Below, one piece after another: positions 27,550 through 37,793 of a stretch of DNA of 64,000 nucleotides. This stretch comes from a virus (taxonomy: Duplodnaviria; Heunggongvirae; Uroviricota; Caudoviricetes): positions 117,394-181,393 of the IMG/VR virus record IMGVR_UViG_3300042997_001281, one strand, 5' to 3'. The notes below the pieces were generated by a model. It saw only the letters and a program-made list of their open reading frames with translations, made no database searches and was not told where the DNA came from. The stretch's first letter is position 1. Every line of letters begins with the position of its first letter. The position numbers and the translations under genes are program-made.

Positions 27550-29529
27550 ATGGCACAAATAATCAAACACAGAAGGGGTTCCATCACACAACTGAAAGAT
27601 GTAACAGCCAGAAAAGGTGAATTTGTTGTAGCAACCGGTTCTATCGGTACAATGAATGGACCTTGGGTGTTCGTTGGTGATGATGAAATCGCTGGTGGAT
27701 ATAAACCCACTTCTAAAATTTATGAAGGGTCAACAGTACCCACAATTGCTGCCGGTTCATACGGTACTGTTTTAGATGGTACTCCATTTTATTCAACCAC
27801 AGATGAGGCATTATATGTTTTAGCGTCGGGTGGTAACAGAAAGGTAGACTTAACAGGTAACATGGAGGGAAATACGATTTCCAACGTTACCGTTACTAGT
27901 TTAACAGGTAGTAATGCAAACGTTAATTCAGTAACTGGTAGTATTGGTAACTTCACATCTGCATTAACAGGTTCTCACGTAAAAGTAACAAACAGTTTAA
28001 CTGTTGGTGGTGATAGTATCTTTACAGGAAACATTACTGGTTCAAACTTAAAATTAACAGGAAACGCAGTTATTGATGGTAATATCACTTTAGGTGGTAA
28101 TATCACGGTTGGTGACGGTGATACAGATTTTGTATCATTTGGTGCTGATATCTCCTCTTCAATTGTTCCCGACATTAATAACGCGTTTGACCTTGGTTCT
28201 ACTTCAAAATATTGGAGAAACCTATACCTTAGTGGTACCGCATACGTTAGTACATTAAATGCCACTGGAGTGACAATATCTCAGGATTTACTTGTTAGTG
28301 GTAGTTCTTATTTGGGTAATGAAGTAACTGATAAAGTTATCGTTACAGGTTCATTGAATGTACAGGGTTCAGCAATATTAACAGGAGCAGTTACCGCATC
28401 TACATTCACAGGTTCATTTATCGGTGATGGTTCTAACTTAACAGGAATTGTTTCAACATTATTTGTTACATCTTCCGATGGTACGACCACCAATATCGGT
28501 GAGGTTTCATTGAAAACTGAAAGTATAACATTTGAAGGTGTTGCATCTAAAGGTTTAACCACCACATTCAACAATAGTACAAACACATTAAAGTATGATT
28601 TAGACCAAGACATTAGAACAGGAGCAACTCCTACCTTTAATCAATTTACATTAAGTTCTCAAGCAACCACCACATCACATGCGGTTAGGGGTGACAGAAA
28701 CTTAACTGTGACAGGAACAACAAACCAAGTAACTGTAGTTGGTGGGGCTCAAAACTTAACAGGTGATAGAACTTGGACGGTTAGTTTACCACAAACGGTA
28801 GATTTAGGAACGGGTTCAACATTAAATTCAACAACCGCTAACCATACTAACTTAGTATCAACTAACATTACAGGTGGTACAATGACAATCACAGGAAACA
28901 CAGGTTTCAGTGGTGATGTTAATATTAGTGGTAATTTAAATTTATTAGGTAGTGCAACTCAAGTACATATCTCTTCATCAGTTATTGAATTGGATGACAA
29001 TATTATCAGATTGAACGCATATTCTCCATTTGAAAGATATGCTGGATTTGAAGTTATTGACTCAGGTTCTGTTGGTGTTTCTGCATCATTGGTTTGGGAT
29101 TCATTGAGTGACTATTGGATGTTCGTTTCTTCAAGTGGTGAATCAAGTAAATTAATTGGTACAACTCCAGGAACATATGGTTCTGAAATAAGTTTAACAA
29201 CAAATACAATCCCTAAAGCAACCGGAGCAAGTAGTATTGGAAACAGTTTACTTACTGATAATGGAACAACTTTAGCGTACAACACAAATAAATTCACCGT
29301 AACTGCGAGTGATGGGGCAACCTTAATCGCTGGTAACGTTACTTTGAGTTCTGCGGGCGGTGCGGATGGTTTAACCAAAACATCGGCAATTATGTTTAGA
29401 AATAATACCAACGTAGTTGGTTATGTTTCAACAACAGAAACAACTGACGTTATGGATGGTATTTTGGGTTATAAAAACTCAAATGGTGGATTAATATTCT
29501 CGACCGTCATTGATGGTGGAACTTACTAA
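27550..29529 (+). CDS. Tail fibre protein with Mtd N-terminal-like start
   Basis: MAQIIKHRRGS..GE.VV; TGS-rich beta-helix repeats; ends IDGGTY. Confidence 0.65.
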   Translation: MAQIIKHRRGSITQLKDVTARKGEFVVATGSIGTMNGPWVFVGDDEIAGGYKPTSKIYEGSTVPTIAAGSYGTVLDGTPFYSTTDEALYVLASGGNRKVDLTGNMEGNTISNVTVTSLTGSNANVNSVTGSIGNFTSALTGSHVKVTNSLTVGGDSIFTGNITGSNLKLTGNAVIDGNITLGGNITVGDGDTDFVSFGADISSSIVPDINNAFDLGSTSKYWRNLYLSGTAYVSTLNATGVTISQDLLVSGSSYLGNEVTDKVIVTGSLNVQGSAILTGAVTASTFTGSFIGDGSNLTGIVSTLFVTSSDGTTTNIGEVSLKTESITFEGVASKGLTTTFNNSTNTLKYDLDQDIRTGATPTFNQFTLSSQATTTSHAVRGDRNLTVTGTTNQVTVVGGAQNLTGDRTWTVSLPQTVDLGTGSTLNSTTANHTNLVSTNITGGTMTITGNTGFSGDVNISGNLNLLGSATQVHISSSVIELDDNIIRLNAYSPFERYAGFEVIDSGSVGVSASLVWDSLSDYWMFVSSSGESSKLIGTTPGTYGSEISLTTNTIPKATGASSIGNSLLTDNGTTLAYNTNKFTVTASDGATLIAGNVTLSSAGGADGLTKTSAIMFRNNTNVVGYVSTTETTDVMDGILGYKNSNGGLIFSTVIDGGTY

Positions 29530-29552
29530 AAACAACCAAACACAAACAAAAG

Positions 29553-29578
29553 AAAACCCCAAGAAATTGGGGTTTTTT
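29553..29578. terminator. Bidirectional intrinsic terminator
   Basis: AAAACCCCAA-GAAA-TTGGGGTTTT(TT), perfect 10-bp stem. Confidence 0.8.
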
Positions 29579-29608
29579 ATTTGTAGGTAATGAAGTATTT
29601 ATTGTTAG

Positions 29609-29670
29609 ACCTATATAGGTTATAATAATTTTTGGTACATACCAAGTTTAAGAAGAAACCATACATATGG
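29609..29670 (+). promoter_or_regulatory. Cluster of three short inverted repeats in the leader of 29667..30740
   Basis: ACCTATATAGGT (29609-20), TTGG-TACATA-CCAA (29632-45), CCA-TACATA-TGG (29659-70, covers the ATG). Confidence 0.4.
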
Positions 29671-30740
29671 CGCAAATAGTAAGACTGCGTAGAAGTTCCG
29701 TTTTAGGTAAAAAACCTACAAACGCACAACTCGAATTAGGGGAATTATCCATTAACACTGGTGACGGTAAAGTTTTTCTTGCCAAGTCAGGTTCGGGGGG
29801 ACCCTCAATCGAAGAATTAATCTCCACGAATACCGTAAACACGGGTTCGATAAATTTAATTGGAGATATAACCGCGTCTAATTTCGTCGGTAATGGTTCA
29901 GGAATTACGAATGTAATTTCATCATCATATGCGGTATCATCCTCATATTCTGTTTCCTCTTCTTATGCTGGTTTGGCGTTTACAATTGAATCCACTCCGG
30001 GTTCAACACAATTATTAACAGTTTCAACACCAGCAACAACTTGGACATTTAATCACAATTTAGGTGAACAATTTCCCGTTATTCAGGTATATGACGATAA
30101 CGGATTTGTGGTAATACCGACATCTATTGAGATGTTCAGTGACATAACAACAATTATTACATTTTCTTTAGCACAATCAGGTTATGCAACTGCTACAGTT
30201 GGTGGTGGTTTACCGGCAATTAGTTCTTCATATGATGGAAGAATTTTACAGACTGATGGAGTGGGTGCGAGTTGGAAACCACTCAACTACGGACAATTTA
30301 GTGACACAACAATTCAAAATGGAGGTGGGACTTCATCCACTCCACATGAAATGAGACTTAATACCGTTGATTTGGCGAGTGGATTTAGTATTGTTAGTGG
30401 AACAAGAATAACCGCAGCAAATAGTGGGATATATAATTTACAATTCTCGGCACAGTTACTTCAAACCACAAATAATGCTGCGGAGATATCGATTTGGTTA
30501 CGAAAGAATGGAAACAATGTCCCAAATTCCAATACCGATTTAACTATTGAAAAAATATCGGGTGGTGGGAAGTTAGTTGCCGCATGGAATTTTTTTGTTG
30601 AATTAAACGCAACCGAATATGTGGAATTAATGTGGTCATCAACCCGTTCTGACACTCAAATATATTACGAAGGAATACAATCCAGTCCATCTAGACCCGC
30701 AACACCATCAATAATTGTAACAATGTCTCAAATAGCGTAA
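29667..30740 (+). CDS. Fibre protein: Mtd_N-like N-terminus and C1q/TNF(BclA)-like C-terminal head
   Basis: MAQIVRLRRSS..GKKPT..LELGELSINTGDGKVF; C-terminal SGIYNLQFSAQL..IWLRKNG..VELMW. Confidence 0.65.
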   Translation: MAQIVRLRRSSVLGKKPTNAQLELGELSINTGDGKVFLAKSGSGGPSIEELISTNTVNTGSINLIGDITASNFVGNGSGITNVISSSYAVSSSYSVSSSYAGLAFTIESTPGSTQLLTVSTPATTWTFNHNLGEQFPVIQVYDDNGFVVIPTSIEMFSDITTIITFSLAQSGYATATVGGGLPAISSSYDGRILQTDGVGASWKPLNYGQFSDTTIQNGGGTSSTPHEMRLNTVDLASGFSIVSGTRITAANSGIYNLQFSAQLLQTTNNAAEISIWLRKNGNNVPNSNTDLTIEKISGGGKLVAAWNFFVELNATEYVELMWSSTRSDTQIYYEGIQSSPSRPATPSIIVTMSQIA

Positions 30741-30745
30741 TTAAT

Positions 30746-31864
30746 ATGGGACACCACAGAGGACCAAAAACAACAACACAAGATTTAATTTTTTATTACG
30801 ATACAGGTAATGAAAAGTCGTTTGCCGGTGAACCAACAACAAATTTATCTAATTTTAATATTGCGAATAATACATTTAGTAGTGATACTCCATTGAATAT
30901 CACTCAAACCGCAAATTCTTCGGAAGAAACATTCCAAGGAAGATTATCAAGAAAGGTGGTAATAAATGCTGGTGGATTTTGGAATTCATATGTTTACTCA
31001 TATAATACTAGTGTTAGTAGTCCAATTTTTACGGTATCGTTTAAAATAAAAATGTCAGATGGGTCAAATCCCAATACAATAATAACGGGTGGATATATTT
31101 ACGGTTCTGAGGGTTCTTTTTATCCTGGACCAACATTCACTTATCTATTCGATGGATGGTATTTAGGTACTCTTTTATATAATGGAACATCTATGACTCT
31201 AACATCGATAACTGGGTTCTATGGTGAGGGCGGACCTAAAACTTTTTATGTTGCGGATTGGCAAGTGGAAGCAAAGTCACATGCAACACCATTTGTAAAT
31301 GGTACACGTTCAGTAACACAAGGTTTACTTGATTTAACAAGAAATGAAACAATAAATTTATCTAGTGTTTCTTTCGACTCAAATGCACAAATGTCGTTTG
31401 ATGGAACAGATGATTTTATCGATACCAATTTTTCCCCAACTTCAATTAATTACCCAACAATAGAGGCGGTTGTTTATAGAAACACCGCAACTGGAAGATA
31501 TGAGGCAATCATTCAAAATAATGTTGATAGTGACGATGCGTTGTACGTATTCCCAAATGGAACTTTAGGGTTTTGGCCATGTGCAGGTTCAAGTTTATCT
31601 GTTCCAACCGGACAATGGTCATATGTTGCCGTTTCATATAATGGTACCACTTTAACTTTCTGCGTAAATGGAACAATTCAAGTTGTAACAACCACATGTG
31701 CTGATATTATGGATTGGGATTTTTTACGTATAGGTGCTCATGGGTCAGGTGATGGAGAAAGATGGATTGGAAAAATCGCAATTGCGAAGGTGTATAATAG
31801 GGCACTCACATCTTCGGAATTATATCAGAACTATAATGCAATTAAAACAAGATTTGGAATATAA
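30746..31864 (+). CDS. LamG/ConA-like protein with inserted CBM-like domain (array member 1)
   Basis: YYD..SF.GEPTTNL...TPFVNGTRS..GLLDLT..FDGTDD...YNRAL..NYNAIKTRFGI. Confidence 0.75.
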   Translation: MGHHRGPKTTTQDLIFYYDTGNEKSFAGEPTTNLSNFNIANNTFSSDTPLNITQTANSSEETFQGRLSRKVVINAGGFWNSYVYSYNTSVSSPIFTVSFKIKMSDGSNPNTIITGGYIYGSEGSFYPGPTFTYLFDGWYLGTLLYNGTSMTLTSITGFYGEGGPKTFYVADWQVEAKSHATPFVNGTRSVTQGLLDLTRNETINLSSVSFDSNAQMSFDGTDDFIDTNFSPTSINYPTIEAVVYRNTATGRYEAIIQNNVDSDDALYVFPNGTLGFWPCAGSSLSVPTGQWSYVAVSYNGTTLTFCVNGTIQVVTTTCADIMDWDFLRIGAHGSGDGERWIGKIAIAKVYNRALTSSELYQNYNAIKTRFGI

Positions 31865-33021
31865 TGAGTAATGGACCTAAAATAACGAGAGATGGATTAG
31901 TGTTTTATTACGATGTTAATAATGCCAAATCATATGTTGGAGAACCAACAACTAATTTGGTTAATCCAGTATGGGGTGCATGGGGAATAGATGCGTCAGG
32001 TTACAGTGCCGCTGGAACAAGAACGATAATATCTCCATACCATTGTAGAATTGATGACATTGCGTCAAATACAAGACAATCAATTACGATGGGGGGTGTT
32101 AATGAAAATTCAATATATACTTTTTCGGTAAAATATAGAAAAATTGGAGGTACACCATCACTTAGATTTCAAATTTATTCTAGAGTAGGTGGGAGTTATG
32201 TACAACCAGCGTTTCCAACAACAATTCAATTAGGGGTTGTTGATACATATGAATGGCAAACCGCGACATATAACTATACTACACCACCAGGTACTGATTT
32301 GTTTTTTTGGTATATGCAAGATGGTGATGATTATACTCCATATACACACTCATTTGAATTAAAAGAACCACAAGTTGAAAAGAAATCACACACAACACCA
32401 TTTATTAATGGTACGCGCTCATCCACTATAGGGTTAAAAGATTTATCACGAAATTTAACTATCGATATATCAAATGTCTCATTTAATTCTAGTTCACAAA
32501 TAGAATTTGATGGTACGAATGATTTTATTAATTGTGGGTTAGTCCAACCGTTTGATTTAAATAGTCGAAGAGTGACTTGGGAATCGGTTGTAAAATTTAA
32601 TAACTCCACAGGTTCAGAAGCATTTATTACGAGATGGGATAATACTTTAGGGTCGGTATGGTGGTTTGGAAGATACCCCACAACAAAAATACATATTGCA
32701 TTTATTATTAATGGTGGATATTATGCGTATTTTAGTGATGGAGACATTTCTTCCACATTAAATTATTACCACATAACCGTAACTTTAAACGACACCGTTT
32801 TATCTTATTATATAAATGGGGTATTGGATAGTACCGATTCAGTTGCGACAGGAACGTGGACTGAAGACCCTGACGTGAGTTTAATAATTGGAGCGCAAAA
32901 CTTAGGAACTGCCGCTAATTTTTCAGGAGAAATCCCGATATCTAAAATATATAATAGAACACTTAGTAGTAATGAAGTTTTAGAAAACTATAATGCAATA
33001 AAAAATAGATTCGGAATATAA
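31864..33021 (+). CDS. LamG protein with inserted CBM-like domain (member 2)
   Basis: Same conserved blocks; TAATG stop/start overlap. Confidence 0.75.
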   Translation: MSNGPKITRDGLVFYYDVNNAKSYVGEPTTNLVNPVWGAWGIDASGYSAAGTRTIISPYHCRIDDIASNTRQSITMGGVNENSIYTFSVKYRKIGGTPSLRFQIYSRVGGSYVQPAFPTTIQLGVVDTYEWQTATYNYTTPPGTDLFFWYMQDGDDYTPYTHSFELKEPQVEKKSHTTPFINGTRSSTIGLKDLSRNLTIDISNVSFNSSSQIEFDGTNDFINCGLVQPFDLNSRRVTWESVVKFNNSTGSEAFITRWDNTLGSVWWFGRYPTTKIHIAFIINGGYYAYFSDGDISSTLNYYHITVTLNDTVLSYYINGVLDSTDSVATGTWTEDPDVSLIIGAQNLGTAANFSGEIPISKIYNRTLSSNEVLENYNAIKNRFGI

Positions 33022-33022
33022 T

Positions 33023-33790
33023 ATGTCGATAACAACTGGACCCGATAATAAAATAAACTCAAACTACAACATTAGTGGTGTGGTTACTGACTCACTACAA
33101 TTATATTACGACCCTGCTCGTTATTATTCATATTCAGGTAATGGTCCTATATTGAAAGATTTAAGTGGTAATGGTAGAGATTTGACCATGTACACATATG
33201 GGGGGACAACTTACTCCAGTAACCCATCACAAGGAGTACCATTCACCACAACAAAAGGTGGTGAATTTACATTTGATGGTGTTAATGATTTTGGTAAAAC
33301 ACCATCAACGTTTAACTTAGGAACAACCTTTACCGTATCGGCGTGGGTTAAATTAAGTGTTAGTGGTGATAACGCAATTTTAGGTCACTGTAATGGAGGT
33401 CCATCGGGAGCTGGATTTGTTATTTCAAATGGATTTCTAAGAATGTGGTATTATACCGCACCGTGGCAAATAATTGACAGTACAACGGGTGGAATTAATG
33501 ATGGTAATTGGCATTATTGCGTTTGGTCAGTTGCAGGTACAAACATTAAAATGTACATTGATAATAATATGGTGGATGATACCACTTTAGTTGGGTCAAT
33601 TAATCCACCATTAAATAGTATTGGGTGTTTATGGGGTCCTTGTAACTCCGATAGTTATGGTCCCGGTACGGATGGACCTAGTACTCAGTTTAACGGTCAA
33701 ATGGGGGTCGTGATGTGCCACTCAAAGAGATTATCTGACACTGAAATTGAACATCATTGGGAAATCTTCAAGAAAAGATACGACATTTAA
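33023..33790 (+). CDS. LamG protein without insert (member 3)
   Basis: YYDP..SYSG.G..LKDLSGNG..FDGVND..WHY. Confidence 0.75.
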   Translation: MSITTGPDNKINSNYNISGVVTDSLQLYYDPARYYSYSGNGPILKDLSGNGRDLTMYTYGGTTYSSNPSQGVPFTTTKGGEFTFDGVNDFGKTPSTFNLGTTFTVSAWVKLSVSGDNAILGHCNGGPSGAGFVISNGFLRMWYYTAPWQIIDSTTGGINDGNWHYCVWSVAGTNIKMYIDNNMVDDTTLVGSINPPLNSIGCLWGPCNSDSYGPGTDGPSTQFNGQMGVVMCHSKRLSDTEIEHHWEIFKKRYDI

Positions 33791-33854
33791 CACTACCATG
33801 TTTATTATCTAACAAATTGAGACCTAATAACTGAGGTTTTGGGTATTTATTGGT

Positions 33855-34553
33855 ATGGGTTTAGAATACACCGCAAAAATCATTACAGATGGATTAGTTT
33901 TATGTTTGAACTCCGCCGATACCAATTCGTATCCGGGGTCGGGTACTTCGTGGAATGATTTAAGTGGTAATGCAAACAATGGTACATTGATTAATGGTGC
34001 ATCGTTTAACTCCAATAATAAAGGAAGTATTGTTTTTGACGGGAGTAATGATTATGCCCAAGTAACATCCCCATTTGGCGATATTGATTGGTCATCAAGA
34101 GCGTGGTCATTTAGTACATGGATGAAACTTGATACATTGGGTGATAAGTGTTTAGTCAATCTAAATTCATCCAATAGTTTACATTATATAGTTACAAATG
34201 TATTCTATAGTAACGGTCAAAGTTATTGGTATTTTATAAAAAATTCCACGGCAACTCAAACAAACTTTACTCAAACTACAAGTAACTTTACTGACAACGA
34301 AATATTTTATTTTACCATGACCTATAACGGAAATGGTTTAACAAATTCAAATATAAATTTTTACAAAAACACAACCCTATTAACTACTACAGGAGGAGGT
34401 GGAGCGGCATTAGGTAATCAATCAGGATTACAAATTGGTGGAAACTATCCGTTAGATGGAAATGTATATAATTTTCTCATGTATAATAGAGTAATAACTC
34501 AAGCAGAAATTACTCAAAATTATAATGCAACTAAAACAAGATTCGGATTATAA
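33855..34553 (+). CDS. LamG protein without insert (member 4)
   Basis: GLVL..NSYPGSGTSWNDLSGN..FDGSNDY..NYNATKTRFGL; TATTTAT at 33844. Confidence 0.75.
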   Translation: MGLEYTAKIITDGLVLCLNSADTNSYPGSGTSWNDLSGNANNGTLINGASFNSNNKGSIVFDGSNDYAQVTSPFGDIDWSSRAWSFSTWMKLDTLGDKCLVNLNSSNSLHYIVTNVFYSNGQSYWYFIKNSTATQTNFTQTTSNFTDNEIFYFTMTYNGNGLTNSNINFYKNTTLLTTTGGGGAALGNQSGLQIGGNYPLDGNVYNFLMYNRVITQAEITQNYNATKTRFGL

Positions 34554-35698
34554 TGCCAACACACGTAGGACCCAACATATCAGGAGAAGAGAATTTAGTA
34601 TTTGGTTATGATTTATCTGACCAAAAGAATTCCTATTTGGGTGAACCAACAACAAATTTGGCAAACAACACTCCACTATATGGTGGTTGGCCGAGTTCAT
34701 ATGCCTTAATTGATAGCGCAACAAAAACTTTTGATTTCACAACATCATCTGTTGAGTGGGGAGGTGTTGCGGCATGGACAACTTTTTATTATAATGTATC
34801 CGATTATACAGGTCAATACGTTACAATATCTGCGGTGGTTGAGTCGTTCGATGAAACCAATGGTGTGTTTAGTTTTATGTGGATTGGTCAAACGGTTAAT
34901 GAAGAAACTTATTTAGGGTATTCACCCGAACAAGATAGAAACACAAAAAATACTAAAACACGAGAAAGAATTTCATGGAGTGGAGTTATTGGTACGGGTG
35001 GTAAGGTTGGAATTTTAATTTGGATGAATAACGGTAGTGGTGGTTCATCGGGAAGTGTTAAAGTGAGATTTTCAAATCTTCAAGTAGAAGTAAAATCACA
35101 TCCAACACCGTTTGTAAATGGTACCCGTTCAACAACACAAGGACTTTTAGATTTGACCGGCAATTCAACAATTAATTTATCAAGTGTCTCATTCGATTCT
35201 AACTCTCAAATGGTTTTTGATGGTACGGATGATTTTATTACTGCTGGTAATAATCCATATTTAGCTCCGGGAACTGGAAATTTTACATACTCCTGTTGGA
35301 TAAATCCGGTGGGATATTCTTACTATGCTGGTCTATTAGTTGTTGCGGTCACTGGAGGACTTTGGATAGGTAAACTTGGTTCTAATATGGTTTTAAGGGC
35401 ATATAATGTCGAAGACCATCTTCAATACAGTACACTTCCCACAGTGGGGCAATGGACTAACGTAGTCATAACCAGAGATGGAACCGCCGTTACACTCTAC
35501 TATAATGCAAATTCAGTTGCCACAGCCACAACAGGGTACAACTTTGTACAGGCCACCGCTTATATTGGAAACGATGGACCCATATCTTCCGCAAACTTTA
35601 ACGGTAAAATTACGAATACTTCGTTCTATAACCGAGCATTATCATCCTCAGAAGTTTTGAATAACTATAATAACATTAAAAGAAAATACGGAATATAA
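34553..35698 (+). CDS. LamG protein with inserted domain (member 5)
   Basis: GEPTTNL...KSHPTPFVNGTRS..FDGTDDFI..YNRALSSSE. Confidence 0.75.
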   Translation: MPTHVGPNISGEENLVFGYDLSDQKNSYLGEPTTNLANNTPLYGGWPSSYALIDSATKTFDFTTSSVEWGGVAAWTTFYYNVSDYTGQYVTISAVVESFDETNGVFSFMWIGQTVNEETYLGYSPEQDRNTKNTKTRERISWSGVIGTGGKVGILIWMNNGSGGSSGSVKVRFSNLQVEVKSHPTPFVNGTRSTTQGLLDLTGNSTINLSSVSFDSNSQMVFDGTDDFITAGNNPYLAPGTGNFTYSCWINPVGYSYYAGLLVVAVTGGLWIGKLGSNMVLRAYNVEDHLQYSTLPTVGQWTNVVITRDGTAVTLYYNANSVATATTGYNFVQATAYIGNDGPISSANFNGKITNTSFYNRALSSSEVLNNYNNIKRKYGI

Positions 35699-36870
35699 TG
35701 GCAGTACAAGACGGATTTGGTAAAACTTCAGGTTCAGAATCGTTGGTGTTTGCCTACGATTTAAAAGATACAACAAACTCATATAGAGGGGAACCAACAA
35801 CTAATTTAGTGGCAACAATTGCCTCATACTATGGTGGGAATGTAAGTACTAGTTATGCTAATGGACAATATCAAACCAGTGCAATTGTTATTAATGGAGT
35901 TGACAATACAATACCATCGGGTAACTTTTCCCAAGTTAGTGGAACAACAACAGATACAAATTCACAAACATATTGGACGATACAAGGAAATGCGGTAGTT
36001 AATGAATCTAATCAAACGGTAAGTTTTAGTGTTTATTTAAAAGGAAGTGGAACATGTCATTTGGCAACATATAATGACCAATGCTGTTATCAACTGGGTC
36101 CCGATATTACATTAACTAGTGATTGGGTTAGATACACAATCACAGAAAGTTTAACTACGTTTGTTGATTATCATTGGGTTGCGGTTAGGGGTATCACAAC
36201 AAGTACAAATGTTTTCATATCTTCCGCTCAATGGGAAAGAAATTCACATTCTACACCATTTACAACAACATCAAGAAGTAACACACAAGGGTTATTAGAT
36301 TTAACCACAAATTCGACAGTTAATATATCGGGAGTTTCGTTTAATTCAAGTGCGGTAATGACATTTGACGGAACAAACGATAAAATTGATGTTGTTCCAC
36401 CATCAACCGTTAATGTGAACACAGGAACCACAATTGTTGCGGTTATCAGAAAAACAAGTACGGGATATACGGGACAAAAAAACATTATTAGTTATAGAAA
36501 CGGAACAAGTGGAGGTGCGTTATATATTGGTTCAGGTTCGGGGGCAATATTCACATATTACGATAGTTTAAATGTACCATACCATACCGTAAGTGCAATT
36601 CCAGATAATCAATACGTACACATCGTTGTAAGATTAAATAATGATGGGTCAATATCCCACTTTTCAAATGGAGTATTGGGTGGAACCACACCGGTTAGAA
36701 CAGGATTCAACAATGCACCAAATAATAAAATAACTATAGGTAGTGATAACAGTACAAATGAATTTTTCCAAGGGGATATTCCTGTTTTCAAACATTATAA
36801 TAAACAGTTAAGTGATACAGAAATTCTAAATGATTACTTAAAATATAAACGTCAATACGGATTGACTTAA
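35698..36870 (+). CDS. LamG protein with inserted CBM-like domain (member 6)
   Basis: GEPTTNL...LTSDWVRYT...SHSTPF..QGLLDLT..FDGTND. Confidence 0.75.
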   Translation: MAVQDGFGKTSGSESLVFAYDLKDTTNSYRGEPTTNLVATIASYYGGNVSTSYANGQYQTSAIVINGVDNTIPSGNFSQVSGTTTDTNSQTYWTIQGNAVVNESNQTVSFSVYLKGSGTCHLATYNDQCCYQLGPDITLTSDWVRYTITESLTTFVDYHWVAVRGITTSTNVFISSAQWERNSHSTPFTTTSRSNTQGLLDLTTNSTVNISGVSFNSSAVMTFDGTNDKIDVVPPSTVNVNTGTTIVAVIRKTSTGYTGQKNIISYRNGTSGGALYIGSGSGAIFTYYDSLNVPYHTVSAIPDNQYVHIVVRLNNDGSISHFSNGVLGGTTPVRTGFNNAPNNKITIGSDNSTNEFFQGDIPVFKHYNKQLSDTEILNDYLKYKRQYGLT

Positions 36871-36899
36871 AAGGTATTTATATAATATAAGAATAAGAT

Positions 36900-37598
36900 A
36901 TGGCAATGCATTTTGGAGGGAGATATACGAGTGTATCTCAAATAACAGGACCTAGTGGATATTACAACATCAAAGTTGGAAACGACAATGTTGTGGTGTA
37001 CGTGGACCAAGAATATGATGGTGGCGGATGGGTATGTGTTATTGCGAATAGGGCGAGTTCAGTTGGAATGAGAAACTTAACGTACTATGATGCAATTAAT
37101 ACGTGTAACTATAGAACATCGAGTAATACCAATGAACCATTATATAATTTATCGGGATTAACAAACTACAATGTTTGGATTGGAACAAAATATTGGGAGG
37201 CGTTAGGTAAAAGAAACAACTCAAGTTATGTAACCGTTGCTCAGTTTGTTTCACCAACAAATGGGACACCTTTAAATGGTTCACACACCAAAAGATACAG
37301 ATGGAAGTTTGATAATTTCACACCAACATTTGCGTTTTCTGGTGTTGCCGCGTTAAGTGATGAAACAAGTACCGGTTCACCCGGTTTATACAATAATCAC
37401 GCTGCTGGCGGATATAATTTAAGTACATACGATAACGACCAAGATACCAATAGTGGAAGTTGTTCATCATATTACGGTAATAACCCGTGGTGGTATGAGT
37501 CATGTTGGGGCGGTAACTATTTTGGATATGATAATGGACCATATTGGAATGGTTCAAGTTCTGACACGCACCAATATGGTGCGGTTTATATAAAATAA
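36900..37598 (+). CDS. Fibrinogen C-terminal-like (FReD) domain protein
   Basis: YVDQEYDGGGWV and STYDNDQDTNSGSCSSYYGNNPWWYESCWGGN resemble the fibrinogen/ficolin P-domain. Confidence 0.7.
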   Translation: MAMHFGGRYTSVSQITGPSGYYNIKVGNDNVVVYVDQEYDGGGWVCVIANRASSVGMRNLTYYDAINTCNYRTSSNTNEPLYNLSGLTNYNVWIGTKYWEALGKRNNSSYVTVAQFVSPTNGTPLNGSHTKRYRWKFDNFTPTFAFSGVAALSDETSTGSPGLYNNHAAGGYNLSTYDNDQDTNSGSCSSYYGNNPWWYESCWGGNYFGYDNGPYWNGSSSDTHQYGAVYIK

Positions 37599-37604
37599 AA
37601 TATT

Positions 37605-37793
37605 ATGAAATTAGAGTTCCACATAAAAGAAGACAAGTATAAGAGAATAATCAAAACCTCAGAAGGTGAGATTGATTTCGAAAGTAATTGGGAAATTTAT
37701 TGCCCAATATATGGTGACCAAATATTCGTTGATTTTGAAAATCAAATGGGTAATTTATGGGACATAACTGAGGTAGAAAAAATTAACGTTTAA
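37605..37793 (+). CDS. Small hypothetical protein within the array
   Basis: 62 aa; stop overlaps the next start (TAATG). Confidence 0.5.
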   Translation: MKLEFHIKEDKYKRIIKTSEGEIDFESNWEIYCPIYGDQIFVDFENQMGNLWDITEVEKINV

